Shown one piece after another: positions 24,621 to 37,715 of a stretch of DNA of 64,000 bases. Below the pieces are notes generated by a model. That model did not search any database. It saw only the letters and a program-made list of their open reading frames with translations, and had not been told where the DNA came from. Source of the stretch: Podarcis pityusensis (Eukaryota). A program made the position numbers and the translations under genes. Each line of letters starts with the position of its first letter. Positions within the stretch are counted from its first letter, which is position 1. The stretch lies in the NCBI GenBank assembly GCA_964106645.2, contig OZ067041.1; one strand, given 5' to 3'.

Positions 24621-25501
24621 TCCACACACAGTGTCTTTGAATGAGCAGGGAGGAATGAAGCTGCACACTGTATGCAGTCCCTGGATCAGCCCATCATAAT
24701 AGTCCCTGGATGAGGATGAGTGACCTTTCATTGGCTACTTCCCCTGTATAGCACTACTGGTCAGTTTTTGATGGATCTTTTTGCTGCTGCTGCTGCTGCA
24801 ATTCTAATTTCTTGGGGAGCAGGGAATGGTTCGTCCTCATTTTGGTGAGGTATTCTCTGCTATGAGGTGTCTCTGCTATCTTTTAATTCCAAATGTTATT
24901 CTCTGAAATTTTAGTTGTAGCAACAGCAGTCACTGGCAAAAAGAAAAAAAAATACATTTTGCAACTGCACTGTGCTGAGTTTCTATATGCTCCCTATTTT
25001 TTTGCATTTATTTTAGCATTTGCCATTGTGCACACACCTCACCAGACTCCTTGGCTGCAGAATTAAGTCTCTTGACTCAAGACTCAAACCTGTCTCTCAC
25101 AAACAAAAACACAGAGCTGCTCACCTGCACTTGGATTAGCTTTCACATTCCAGCAAATGCTTCCTTGTTGATCTTTAGGGCTGCCTTGTTCATTAAGGGG
25201 GGTGGAGCAAGACTGGGGCAAGTTTGCAGGGGGTAGAAATTCCATAAATACTAGACCACTTGGAGGATACTACCTGGAAGGTCCAACAGCATCCTAGGAA
25301 AATGCCTGGTCTAAGTATTTTTCTCTTTCTAGCCCAATATTCTCTACTTTGGGCTCTCCAGGGTCTCAGGCAGAGAACTTTCACATCAATTGTTTCCTGA
25401 TCCTGAAGACCTTGGGCATATGCTCTGCCACTGACCAAAGGTCTTCTCTCCGAAAAGTTCTTAACTTAACAGGAGACCCCAATAAATGGCTTCTATCTCC
25501 A

Positions 25502-25635
25502 TTGCATCTTTTATAATTGCTCCAGTTGCAGAAGGCTCTTCTGCAGCATCGCTCTGCCAGTGATGTAACCATGCTCAGCAAACATTAATGCTGCAGAAGA
25601 GCCTTGTGCAACTGGAGCAATTATAAAAGATGCAA
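25502..25635. repeat. Near-perfect inverted repeat (48-bp arms, 38-bp spacer)
   Basis: 25502-25549 is the reverse complement of 25588-25635 with one mismatch. Confidence 0.92.
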
Positions 25636-26801
25636 CAGAGATGGAACATCTCCCAAAACCACAAAAGGTGGTCTCCTATAGACTGAATGGAGCTACTAAG
25701 CATTGGAAAAGAATCACAACGGTGTAACAATTTGGTAGAGAAAATTGGATAGAACGGTGGATCTAATTGAAACAGCAGGAGAGGCAGAACCTTAATACCT
25801 GAACCGGCATTCGGCCAGGGCACTGAGGTTAATCCCACCACATCATGAGTGTCATGGGATCGTTAATGACTGCAGGGCTGTCAAGAAGTTGGCATTACCT
25901 ACGCGTCCAAGAGACAGCTGCTGCCCCAACAGCCGTGTCTGCTAATGCCACACGAGAACATGTTGCACTGATAAGAGTGCCTGCTACTGGCTACTTCAGA
26001 TGCATCTTGATTCCACATTCTGATGATGCACAACTTTTATTATTAATTATCAGCATTATTATTAATGCCAAAATAGGCTTTGAAGCAGTTTACAGCAAGC
26101 AGAAATCCATCCCAGTTGGTGGGCAGAGTTCCAAGGAAGCAAAGGTGTGGCTGCCATTTTTACACTGGGTCTGTATTTTGGAGGTTCTGTGTTCCTTGCC
26201 CTCTCCCAGCAGCAGTGGCTGGTGCCCATTGGGAACTGTACGAGAGAAGGTAGGGAGACTAGCAATAGGTGCAGCCAAAGCCATTGATAGGAAAAGCCAC
26301 CTCCTTGCCGTTTGTATGCAATAGGGCAGGCAGATAAGGCTGCTTGGGCATTTGCTCTAATGGACCAGCGTCCACTGCCTCCCAGGCTGTGCATCTTTCT
26401 ATAGGATACGGCAGCTGTTCTGCTGATATAGAAGCTGAAATAAGAATAAAAATGGGGTCCCTGCAAGGGGTTCAGCTTCTTAGGGAAGGCTGGACCTTCG
26501 GAAAGGCTCAAACAGGTCAGGAAATAAACAGAGACCAGACCAGGATATACAAAAGCAAAGCGGCTATAAGCCTGATCTTTATTGAATACAGGACTGTTGG
26601 CAACAGGCTTCCCACTCGTGTGACAGGCAACCGAGAGAGAACCCCGAACAAAAGAATCTGTGGACATTTATACATTTCGGTTACCATACAGGTCAATAGA
26701 ACAGACATTGTCATACAGGTGCGGGGAGGGGATTACAGCAGATAAGCAGGGTATCCAAAGGGAGGGAGAAGATTGTGATAACGTAAGTCATTGTTGTGCT
26801 T

Positions 26802-26897
26802 TTTGTTGTTGTTGTTTAGTCGTTTAGTCGTGTCCGACTCTTCGTGACCCCATGGACCAGAGCACGCCAGGCACTCCTGTCTTCCACTGCCTCCCAC
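26802..26897 (-). mobile_element. Bov-B LINE extreme 3' fragment
   Basis: GGGGTCACGAAGAGTCGGACACGACTAAACGACTAAACAACAAC tail on the minus strand. 11-bp TSD TTGTTGTGCTT. Confidence 0.88.
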
Positions 26898-27352
26898 TTG
26901 TTGTGCTTAGGTGTACATAAAGGGTTTTGGGATGGTTCCTGTTTTTGATTGTTCTGCTAATGACAGTGTTTTTCCTTTATCTACAGGCACCACGGAACTG
27001 GCTAAGTGAAGAAGTCATCTGACAGGATTTCCTCGAGGAATATATTTGACAGGATTGGGGGGGGGGCTGCGTTTGCATGTATATCAGTGACTTGACTCGT
27101 GAGCCTTTATTTATCCTAATAAACCCTTTTGTCTGAGACAGATGAGTTTATGTAAATATTTGAAGGGAAACAGCATTGCAACATGTAGCCAAACTTGCTT
27201 TAAAAATACATGACTTAAGGAAACATTGAGGACATAGAGATACAGAAAGATACATTTTACATGCATTTTATGAGAGGCGTAGATCATATATTTATTAGGG
27301 ATACATACGTAGATATACAGAACTCATTTATGTATAATCATAAGGTAAAGGC

Positions 27353-27791
27353 TACTGGTTTTCCCAGTAGGGATGTATGGAAGTGAGAGCTGGACCATAA
27401 ACAAGGCTGATCACTGAAGAATTGATGCTTTTGAATTATGGTGCTGGAGGAGACTCTTGAGAGTCCCATGGACTGCAAGAAGATCAAACCTATCCATTCT
27501 GAAGGAAATCAGCCCTGAGTGCTCACTGGAAGGACAGATCCTGAAGCTGAGGCTCCAGTACTTTGGCCACCTCATGAGAAAAGAAGACTCCCTGGAAAAG
27601 ACCCTGATGTTGGGAAAGATGGAGGGCACAAGGAGAAGGGGACGACAGAGGACGAGATGGTTGGACAGTGTTCTTGAAGCTACCAGCATGAGTTTGACCA
27701 AACTGCGGGAGGCAGTGGAAGACAGGAGTGCCTGGCATGCTCTGGTCCATGGGGTCACGAAGAGTCGGACACAACTAAACGACTAAACAAC
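27353..27791 (+). mobile_element. 5'-truncated Bov-B (RTE) LINE
   Basis: RVPWTARRSNLSILKEISPECSLEGQILKLRLQYFGHLMR...VHGVTKSRTQLND. 11-bp TSD AAGGTAAAGGC. Confidence 0.93.
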
Positions 27792-30774
27792 AAGGTAAAG
27801 GCACATATAGTGGGAAAAGTAGGAGAGCCTCAGGGGCATGAGGGGTTCATAACTTTTACCCTCCCCCTTGACCAAGTGAGTGACATTTATTCTTATAACT
27901 CAGCAAACTGTCTTCCCTTTGGCATAGCCGGTGTTTAGGATTGCTTTGCCCAAGTGCATGCAATTACTTCCTCAAAGACATTTGCCACAGCAGTAACATG
28001 CAGGACAAAGAACTGCAATTGGCCACGGAAGGAGCACACCATGAGAAGCTCTGCATGACATTAAGGAAAGTTAATTGAGAGGCACACTTTGCACTTAGTT
28101 CTCGCTCTGGGAAGAAATGAAAAGCTATAATTGCTGAACTCCTCAAGCCCTTTGTGAAGGACTATAGAATCAGGCATCAGGTGGCTTCCAAATAAGACCG
28201 GCTGGGACAAACAGAAAGTATCATGAAAAGATTAAAACAAAATGTAATAGCAAACATGGTTTGTGTGGACAGAAAGAGAAATGACTCCTAATTAAATGAA
28301 TCATTTCTTTGGAAATGTCACAACACAGAAAAAACTATTCACAGTCCTCCAGAAATTAAGCCTATTGACATGAATAGCAGCAGTTGCACAATAACACAAC
28401 TCTCCCATTCATTTCAACAATGAGAGAAATATCTCAATGGCTCATCCCTTCCTCCCTGTGAACTCCATGGGACTTGCTTCAGAGTGATGGCATGTGGATT
28501 AGCCTCTCACCTGTGTCTTTGAGTAGTTCACTTAAGGATGCAGTGGAGAGTCAATATGCCTCTCATGCAGAACAGCATCTGACATTTCAGCCAATTTTTT
28601 TTTATTTATTTTTTTGCCTGCACTGTGCAGGCAAAATGTAACCAGACATTATTCAATCAAGGTGTGCGAATGAACAAGAGAATTTATTTTCAGATTATAA
28701 AAATGGTAAACCATGCGAATTTGTAGACTTCTAATAAGGGGTGTTGTAGAACCCACCTCAAAGGGGCCAGAAACTAAGGGCAGAGTAGAGCAGAGTGAGG
28801 GGATTAAATTCAGTTTGCATTTAAAGGCAAACCTACCAAAATCACACATTGATTTTGGAACCCTACATGAATGCAAGCACAGTCATCCTGTGAAATTTAA
28901 CTAGGCAGGCCATTTGTCTAATACAGGAGGACTTTTCTTCATTTTAAACTGAATCTCTCCAAAATTCTAACCAATTTTGACAACCCAGTCAATAATAAAA
29001 TTATAGAAGATCTAACAGATGTGGCAACCCAGTCCTAATCTTTTAGGATGGGTTGCACCACCACTGAGGTCAGAGGTGGGGAATCTATGGTCCTCCAGAT
29101 GCTGTTGGACTACAATTCCCATCAGCCCTAGTCAGCATGGTCAATGATCAGGGATGATGGGAGTTGGAGTCCAAAAATATAGAGAGGGCCACCCCATTAT
29201 ATATATGCTACATAGCAATACAGCTGAGGAGCCCCACTGAAGCCAATAGGCCAACCCAATTAGCTGGGCCAAACCTGCACAGATTCAAAGTCCAGTGCTT
29301 CTCTTTAGCACTGCCACATTTTAGACAATGCAATGGCAGTTTGGAGACTTCCTTTGTCTCTTCCAACTTTGGGCGTCAATTTTATCCCTGTTTTCCTCAC
29401 TTTTATTCAGGCAGTGCATGCTCTGCTTAAGCCTCTCCCTACCTCCCTCCCTCTCCTGTTTTAAGATTAGCAGCCTGCCATGAGATTGCCATTAATCTGT
29501 CTGATGCTTTTTGGAATGTCAAATGAGAGGTGGCAGTACAGCTTCCACTAAAGACAGAGAGAGACTTCACAGCCTCTAGCGCTGTCTGTATTTTACACAG
29601 ACAATTACCATCTATGGGAAACAGGCCTTTTGACAGTCAAAAAATCTGAAACCTGCATAGCGAAGCTTGGAAGCAGTAGCTGTGATATTGAGAAGAGGGA
29701 AATCAGAGCACAAAACTTGACCCAGATTGTCTCATGGAGATCAGTTAATCCCTACTGTATTTCTTCACGGCACACAGAAAGGAGACCAGCAGCATCACTA
29801 AAACATTTCGAGATTAAAGTTAGTACTTACCTGTACATTATGATGAAACTGAGTTGTCCATGCCTGGTTTGGACAATACTCTTGAGTTCATGACGGACAC
29901 AAACATGACGTTTGTTAGGTCTCAGGTACTTAACAATTTTCCATTTCAAACTGGTCAAAGCTGCTCAGGATCTGGTTCAGTTTTCCCAGAGTGGAGCACA
30001 GTGTTACTCAGGGAGTGGCTGTCACCAAAAACCCTGTGTTGTGTTCTTCCCCAACATATGACAATGCATAACTTTGTGTCAAGGGCATAATATTTTTTCG
30101 GAGGTTGCGTGCCACCCCCAATCTCTGCTGAGAAGTAGCATGATTCCTGGGGGTTCCAGGCACTCACCCAGGGTTGTGTTTCCGTCAGGAAAATCAAGGA
30201 GCAGTCAAGGCTAGTGTCGTTAAGAAATAGGTTTTACTTTACACCTAAAGTCTACAATGGAGACGGTGCAGAACATTATACCCTAACGGTGTCTCTCATC
30301 ATCCCTGGCAGAGCTTTAGCAAGCTCACGTTCAAAGCTGCAGTCATGGCTCTCACTCTCTTGCTGCCGCCTCCTCCAGTTAGAGTCAAGATGGTTCTGCC
30401 TACTTCCTCCTTCTTGTTCCCAGAACACCTTTAACCTTTCAAAAGGGACACATTTTCCTGTGACACCACGTCCCCCTCAATTGCCTTGGCAACCTTCCAA
30501 ATCTCTTTTCTTTGTCCATTCCTTGGAGGGGGCGGGGAGGAAGGATAGCTTTTTTGTATTGCCAATGACCTTCATTTTGTATTGCCAATGGTTCCTCATT
30601 ATTTCTCAACAGCTCTGCACTCAAGCTAGCCCAGGCAGGCTGGTTTGCATATGCTAACGTAGGAATTTCTTCTCTGGCACAGTTCTGCCATTTGTATTTC
30701 CCCATCATATCCCAAATATTATCTAAATGCTGCCGTTTATTAATTTCATCAATAGATTCTGGTACCCCAGATGA

Positions 30775-31155
30775 CAGGGACGCGGGTGGCGCTGTGGTCT
30801 AAACTACTGAGCCTCTTGGGCTTGCCGATCGGAAGGTTTGTGGTTCAATACCCACAATGGGGTGAGCTCCTGTTGCTCTGTCCCAGCTCCTACCAACCTA
30901 GCAGTTCAAAAGCATGCCAATGCAAGTAGATAAATAGGTACTGCTGGGACGGGAAGGTAAACAGCGTTTCTGTGCACTCTGGTTTCCGTCACGGTGTCCC
31001 TTTGCACTAGAAGCGGTTTAGACATGCTGATCACATGACTCGGAAAGCTGTCTGTGGACAAATGCTGGCTCCTTCGGCCTGAAAGCAAGATGACCGCCGC
31101 AACCCCATAGTCGCCTTTGACTGGACTTAACCTTCCGGGGTCCTTTACCTTTACC
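30775..31155 (+). mobile_element. Sauria SINE
   Basis: Typical head and ACCTTT tail. 12-bp TSD TACCCCAGATGA. Confidence 0.9.
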
Positions 31156-31369
31156 TACCCCAGATGATCTATGAAAATATCATTGGGACTCTCCCCAATC
31201 CTGCACTGATATAACTGGTATGTTGGTGTTTTAGGAACTACACATGCTCCTGCTGTAGTTAGGTTGTGCTGACTGGAGATCAATATCACCCACAAGGGGC
31301 ACATGGGGCAGATTCTCACTTCAAAGTAATTGCTGAATGCAATTCTGAATGGACAAGATATGCAACAGA

Positions 31370-31580
31370 ACCAGTGTGGTGGTTAGAGTGTTAAGAGTAG
31401 GTAACTGGGAGACCAGGGATCAAATTCCCACTCAGCCATAAATCTCACTGGGTGACCTGGAGTCAGTCACAGTCTCTCAAACTAACCTTCCTCACAGAGT
31501 TGTTAAATAAAAATGAGAGGGGTGAAGAACTGTGTACACCACCTTAAGGTCCTTGGAGGAAAAGGGGAATATAAATGTCA
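31370..31580 (+). mobile_element. Old tRNA-derived CORE/Squam3-like SINE
   Basis: GTGGTTAGAGTG...CTGGGAGACCAGGG...CACTGGGTGACCT...CTCACAGAGTTGTT body. Confidence 0.6.
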
Positions 31581-32107
31581 GTATAAACAACAGGTGTTTC
31601 AAACTTAAGCAACAGAGGAAGAGTCACATTCTTAGAGGATGTAATGACCTATCTTCCGATATCTTCCCAGTCCTTTAAGAAGACTGGGACAACTAGCAGA
31701 TTCATAATTCTGAAGAGACTGGGGAAAAATACTAATACTCCATTATTCTAAGATTAAGAACCTGTCCTTTACAACCACAACTCTTCCATCATACATCTAG
31801 AAACCTAAAGGATGTCTACCTGTGCTAGCCTGATGCCGGTCCCTTTTAGCAGAGGCCACCTCAAGCAGAAGTCATCTGCATAACTGCACAAATAGAGCAC
31901 TGAAAAAGCGATTTTGATCCTTCCTTATTCCTTTGTTCATGCATTCTCTCTGCACCACCACCCTGACTTCAGATTCCTTCAGGGAAGGAGGATACACAAG
32001 ACAAACACCACCATGGGACGGTTCGTCAGAATCCAGGCTCTGACATGACACTGACATACACCTGGAATCACCCATAAAGTGCATCCTATCTACAACTTCA
32101 CATCATA

Positions 32108-32241
32108 TTCATAGAATCATAGAGTTGGAAGGCACCCTGAGGATCATCTAGTCCAACCCCCTGCAAAGCTGCCCCAAATAGGGATCAAACCTGCAACCTT
32201 GGGATGATCAGCAACATGCTCTAACCAGCTGCACTATCCAG
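32108..32241 (-). mobile_element. tRNA-Ile-derived SINE with CR1-type tail
   Basis: Minus strand CCTGGATAGTGCAGCTGGTTAGAGCATGTTGCTGATCA...CTTCCAACTCTATGATTCTATG. Confidence 0.75.
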
Positions 32242-32504
32242 GCAGACAAGAGGGCATCTGTTCTCCATACCAAGTTTAGGCACGTGCCAAAGTGGTTCCT
32301 TTCGTCTGCCTCCTCGTCGGTTTTTAAACAGCACAGCCAGATTTTCAAAGATCTCCTTACAAAGATCTTGTGATGCTGCACAATTTTAATATTAAAAAAG
32401 TTTAATATCAAATTAAATGGTTTATTTGGGGTTGATATAGTACGGTTTCATAACTGGGAACTAGACCCTTCCCCTCCCTGCTCCCTTGTTCACAACTTGC
32501 AGTC

Positions 32505-32510
32505 TTTATT
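32505..32510 (-). terminator. Probable polyadenylation signal of VWA3B
   Basis: Minus-strand AATAAA 5 nt after the stop codon. A second AATAAA lies at 32421-32426. Confidence 0.6.
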
Positions 32511-32515
32511 TACAA

Positions 32516-32784
32516 CTAAATGGCAAGGCTGTTTTTCCTTTGCGTGATGTGGTACTGCTGAAGCCGTCTTGCCAGCTCTTCCACCTTCTCGATGCTCGAA
32601 ATGCTGGTCTCGCTGCTGCTACTGGTGGGAGCCGTCCTAACAAGTTGAGGGGTGCTCTGCTGGCGCAAAGGAGAACCAGAGCTCCGGAGGGCCTTAGTTA
32701 TCCTAAACTCTGAAGCATTTGAAGGCAGCCACGGCTTTCTACCTCGTGAAGAATGAGGACGTGGTAAGCCACGATAAGTAGGTG
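32516..32784 (-). CDS. VWA3B: VWA3B probable terminal exon (APTYRGLPR...EKVEELARRLQQYHITQRKNSLAI*)
   Basis: Strong pyrimidine tract plus CAG acceptor. Phase 1 matches the upstream donor, the frame is open to TAG, and AATAAA follows. Homology is weak. Confidence 0.7.
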
Positions 32785-34550
32785 CTGGCAGGGGGGAAAA
32801 GGGTGGAAGAAAAGGCGAAGATCGATGAGATTAAACAAAACAATTCCCACCCACCCCCAGCCTGTTAGAGGAGATGTAAGAGCAACAGAACTCATTACAA
32901 ACTGCACAGGAAAACATAAAAGGCACCTGGACTGTACAGCAGTGAATAGATATGAGGGAAGGGGACAACATTAATGGCTGCAAAGCTGCCTGACCTGCCG
33001 TAAGAGACTGATGGAGTACGGAGCTTCATCACGCAAGCAAAGGTATGCATGTGTGGAGCTTCATTCTCATTTGTAGTCATGTGAATGGTTGCAATGTGAA
33101 TTTTAAAAATGACTCACGTAAACACCATTGGTTTAAATAGGGGCTACTTTTTACGTTTTGCTTTATTGCTGGTGATGAGTTCTGTTGCTCTCGTGTCCCC
33201 CCCCCCCAATATAGCTGCTTGTTTATTTTAATAAAATAAAATTTGGAAAGTTGGATTTTAGTCAAAATATCCTTTTTCTGTTGGAAAAGCTTGTGAAGAA
33301 AATGTGAGCGGCATTTAAAACCGCCAGCTTCCCCCAAAATACAGCTTCGCTGAATTGAAGTGGATCAACATTTGGAGGTCACGACATTTGCTGCCTTAAT
33401 TCAACCATTTTCATTTCATCGCAAGAGATTTTCCTCTGCAACCACCTTATGGAAATAACCATGTTTCTGCAGAAGGCAGGATCTTTCCCGTGTGGTGAGA
33501 GGGCAACATGAGTTTGGCAAACCAGACTTTGAAAAATGGATCTTATGTGTGCTTTTTAAAGGAAAACTGGAGGAAAGGGAAACAAAGGTATCTGGAATCT
33601 GAAAAAAACCAAATCCATAAAAACAGCTGCACATAAAATCTGTTAGAAAGTAACCATGCCAATGGATGCACAAGGAAATCATGTTTTATTAAAGTCACGT
33701 TTTAAGATTTACAACATACACCATACACTAATGAAGGTAACAGTGATTTATGTTAACAAAGATTTAAGTATGGAAGAGGTCTAAACTATCCCGAAACAAG
33801 GTGGACAATACAATATAAGGAGACAATTCTAACAATAACCGTGCTAGACATTATTTTCTAGACAGGAGATGAGTACTTATTCAAATAAATGGAAGCTGCA
33901 CACATTTAATCAAGGTCTACTTTAGATAAGAGTCCATTTGGTCTGCGGACTTAGGATTTAAAATTCTATTTCATTCAACACTTTCACAGAAAATTCAAAA
34001 CTAGCAGTCAGTGCTTATCTTTAAGAAAGGCACAATCACCATTCAGCATGGAAACTCTGGCTTGCCACTAAAGAAATGAAGACTGTGCAGGCACTGTCAA
34101 TTATTTGCTGATCGTCATACATAATGCTAAACCAAATTATGGCTTAGCGTGCGGGTTCTGAGAGAGGAGGCTGAGGCCACTTTGCTTCTTATTCAGTCCT
34201 GTTGCTGTCCTGTGGATTCAGACGACATGCTACCACGACTTCGCTCACAGCAGAAGGAAATCAGCCGCGCTCTCCTCTCCAGGATCCTGCATTTTTGTGC
34301 TAAGCCATAGTTTGGCTTAGCATTATGTGCAACCTGAGCCACTGCATGAATGTGGGAGATCAGCCTCGGATAATACGAGGGCATAGTCGCTTTGTCATCC
34401 AGCAATGCAGATTATTTAACACATTGATCAAACAAAACCAGGAGACATCATGCGTTAACTTTTCTTTTTCTTGTTTCGTTTCCAAAGTATGGAGGGAGTT
34501 GAAAAGTGTCTGCTGCCATAGGACGCATTATCAGAGAACCTATTATAAGG

Positions 34551-34667
34551 CAATGTTTCCCAAACTTGCTGTTTTTTGTGCTACAACTCCCATCATCCCT
34601 AACTAGCTGGATCAGGAATGATGGGAATTGTAGTCCAAAAATGCTGGAGACAAGTTTGGGAAACAAT
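34551..34667. mobile_element. Palindromic hAT-type MITE (ACTCCCATCATCCC / GATGGGAATTGTAGT family)
   Basis: Self-complementary, with a flanking TATAAGG duplication. Many degraded relatives occur in the window (~3960, 8000, 12060, 15420, 29070, 54215, 63060). Confidence 0.7.
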
Positions 34668-35671
34668 GTATAAGGGATTTACATTGCAAGCTTACAGCTG
34701 TCTACTCAAAAGTAAGCCCCACTAGTTTCATGTGACTTACTCCCAGGTAAGCATGTGTGGGATTGGAGCCTTCATATCGAAATTGTACTATATTGACCGC
34801 AAACTGTGATTTGCAAGAGATATTCAACATACATTATATATACTGAATTTGTATATGGGTCAGTACATTCACATTGATATCTGAAGCACATTCTCAGAAA
34901 GGGGACAGAAATACACATTCCAGGTTCATCCCTTGATGACTAGCATGTGTAAAAGAGCCAACAAAGATCAAACATCTGACAAAACTCTCATTCTTCATCA
35001 CATCATTGCTTCAGATTTTTCAAACATCAGATAATTGATTGGGCTTGTTCCCATGCTCAGTTGCAAGCTGCACAGTGGGACACTGGGTTGCATCCCATGA
35101 AATTCTACTCAAGAGTAGACCCACTGAAATTAGTGGACTTAAGTTAGTTGTGTCTATCAATGTGAATGGGTCTCCTCTGATAAGCAGTAGCACTAGATGC
35201 AACCCACTGTGCCATTAATGTGCATGTATGAATCAGACATAGGCGGGTAAGTCTATAGTAACACCACATTACAGCAACATAATAAAAGCACAAAGGAGGT
35301 GGGATGCAAATGCCTGTCTTCTGAGGCAGGAACCTTCCCAAACTAGGGGAGTTGTGCAACATTACTATTGCTTTTTACTGAGTAAAAAAGAAAAAGACAA
35401 AGTATGAAAAGCAATTCATTGAGAACAACAAATTGCTAGAACAGGTTAAAATGACTTTATAAGAAATTTTACATAGAAACTGGAGAAATATTAATTTGGA
35501 TTACTAGAAAGACATTTGAAGGGTCATATTGCACTGTCTGGGTGACTAAAAGTTAAAGGTTGGGCTTGGGAGGGAAATCTGGGTAAAGCTGCATCCTGCA
35601 AAGGGGTAAAAGCAATTCTGGAATGCACAATTGTCAGCGAGGCAGAAGTTTCTCTTTTTAGTCTCTTCTCT

Positions 35672-35720
35672 TCTCTCTCTCTCTCTCTCTCTCTCACTCA
35701 CACACACACACACACACACA
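35672..35720. repeat. (TC)n(AC)n compound microsatellite
   Basis: Direct reading. Confidence 0.9.
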
Positions 35721-35891
35721 TATGGAGAAGAAATAACTGGAAAAAACCTTTATCACATATTATATCTATAATGTGATAATGGGTTTTTTCAGTTATTTCT
35801 TCTCCGTTCTTTTCTTCTTTCTCTTTTTTATACAACTGTGTTTGTTAAGGATAATGAGTATTCAATTTTATATTTGCTTTTTCATCACCAA

Positions 35892-35927
<36 letters not shown>
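35892..35927. repeat. (TAT)n microsatellite
   Basis: Direct reading. Confidence 0.92.
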
Positions 35928-35928
<1 letters not shown>

Positions 35929-36451
35929 TACTAGCTTGTTATAAATGTGTTGGGATTTTTGTGCACAATATGTTGAAAACCTTCAATAAAAATGTTTTTG
36001 GTTTGTTTTTTAAAGAGAGAACAAGGAAGTTCTTAATGTGGCTCAACAGAACAAAATGGCGGCAGTTTTCCTGGAGACCAATATGGCATATCAAGGGAGG
36101 TAGTAGTCACTTGGGTATTTGCCAAGGAATGGCAAAAAAGCAAAAACCCAAACTCCAAAGCACTGTATCCCTGGAGAAAGTATCATTCCTACAATATGCT
36201 GGAAGATCAGGGACAAGTGTCTGTATTTTCTCTCTTGTTAGGCTAACTGAGAAGATCTCGCTTAGGAACGTGATACAGAAAGCAAGGATTAAAAATAACC
36301 TTGGGCTGTGAAACAATCAAAGTACAGAATCCTAATCACTAGGCAAAGTTATAGTAAATATAGAGTAAATAGACCTAATGCAAGTTTTCCATTTTGGATA
36401 TATCTGACTTTACAACATCACTGGACTCCTGCTCTACTTTACTTGTTGTAC

Positions 36452-36687
36452 CTGCACATCCATCTTTGATATGAGAGGGTGGCGACAAACTACTTTCTCT
36501 TATTTTCACTGTCCTTCTAGGGGCAGCCAGCTGCTCATCAGAGGGCCATGCTTTGCAGAGATCCTTCCTGCTCTTTGCTCTTCCTTTTCTGTTGTCCTTC
36601 TTCTTCCATTCACCTCCAGCAGAGATGCATTTAGTCTCTGCCTCTTCAGCCGCTCTATGGAAATGCTTCACAACTTTTATGTTTGGT
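36452..36687 (-). CDS. VWA3B: VWA3B exon (PNIKVVKHFHRAAEE...HIKDGCA)
   Basis: TAG acceptor in phase 2, open frame, weak donor CAG|GTACAA in phase 1. Confidence 0.7.
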
Positions 36688-36789
36688 CTAGATTAATTCA
36701 AAGCAGCAGATTAGCTAAATGACAGGATTTCAGCAACTGGTGTGTTTTTTTCTCTAACGTGAGATGACAAGCAGAAACTTGTTCCCAGG

Positions 36790-37128
36790 CGTTAAAGGTA
36801 AAGGGACCCCTGACCATTAGGTCCAGTTGTGACCAACTCTGGGGTTGTGGCGCTCATCTCGCTTTATTGGCCGAGGGAGCTGGCGTACAGCTTCTTGGTC
36901 ATGTGGCCAACATGACTAAGCCGCTTCTGGTGAACCAGAGCAGCGCACGGAAACACCGTTTACCTTCCCGACGGAGCAGTACCTATTTATCTACTTGCAC
37001 TTTGACGTGCTTTCGAACTGCTAGGTTGGCAGGAGCAGGGACCGAGCAACGGGAGCTCACCCCGTGGTGGGGATTCGAACCACCAACCTTCTGATCAGCA
37101 AGTCCTAGGCTCTGTGGTTTAACCCACA
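36790..37128 (-). mobile_element. Sauria SINE
   Basis: Reverse-complement copy with 9-bp TSD GTTCCCAGG. Confidence 0.9.
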
Positions 37129-37189
37129 GTTCCCAGGTGTTATCTGATCTCAATTCTGCCCCTGTACCCATTTCCCATTCTTCACATAC

Positions 37190-37700
37190 TCGGTTTGTGC
37201 AGACTCTCTATGACCTGGTAACCTCTAGGTTAGATTACTGCAATGCGCTATATGTGCAGCTGCGTCTGAGGATGGTTCAGAAACTTTAGCTGGTGCCAAA
37301 TTCACTGGCCAGGTGGCTCACTGGGGCAAGACTGCTTGAGCATATAACACCAACACTGACCCAAATACACTGGCTTTCAGTTAGTTTCCAGGCCCAATTC
37401 AAAGCACTGGTTCTGACCTTTGAAGCCTTAAATGGCACAGGACCACAACAGCTCGAAGAATACCTCTCCCCATATGAACTAACCCGGACCCCACAATCAT
37501 CATCTGAGTCCCTTCTTTGTGTGCTCCCTCCACAAGAAATCCAGAGGGCGGCAACACGAGAACAGGCCTTTTCTGCAGTGGCTCCCTGTTTGTGGAATGC
37601 TCTCCCCAAGGAGGCTCACCTGGCCCCTTCATTACTTATCTTTAGGCGGCAGGCAAAAACTTGCCTCTTCACCCAGGCTTTGGCTAATTACACAATCTAT
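37190..37700 (+). mobile_element. L2 LINE 3' fragment
   Basis: RLDYCNALY...HITPTLTQIHWL...FKALVLTFEALNG...AFSAVAPCLWNALP. Confidence 0.85.
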
Positions 37701-37715
37701 GGCCTTTTAGCTGTA

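Noticed and set aside
35838-36311. 157-aa ORF with poly-Tyr
   Set aside because: An artefact of the (TAT)n microsatellite.
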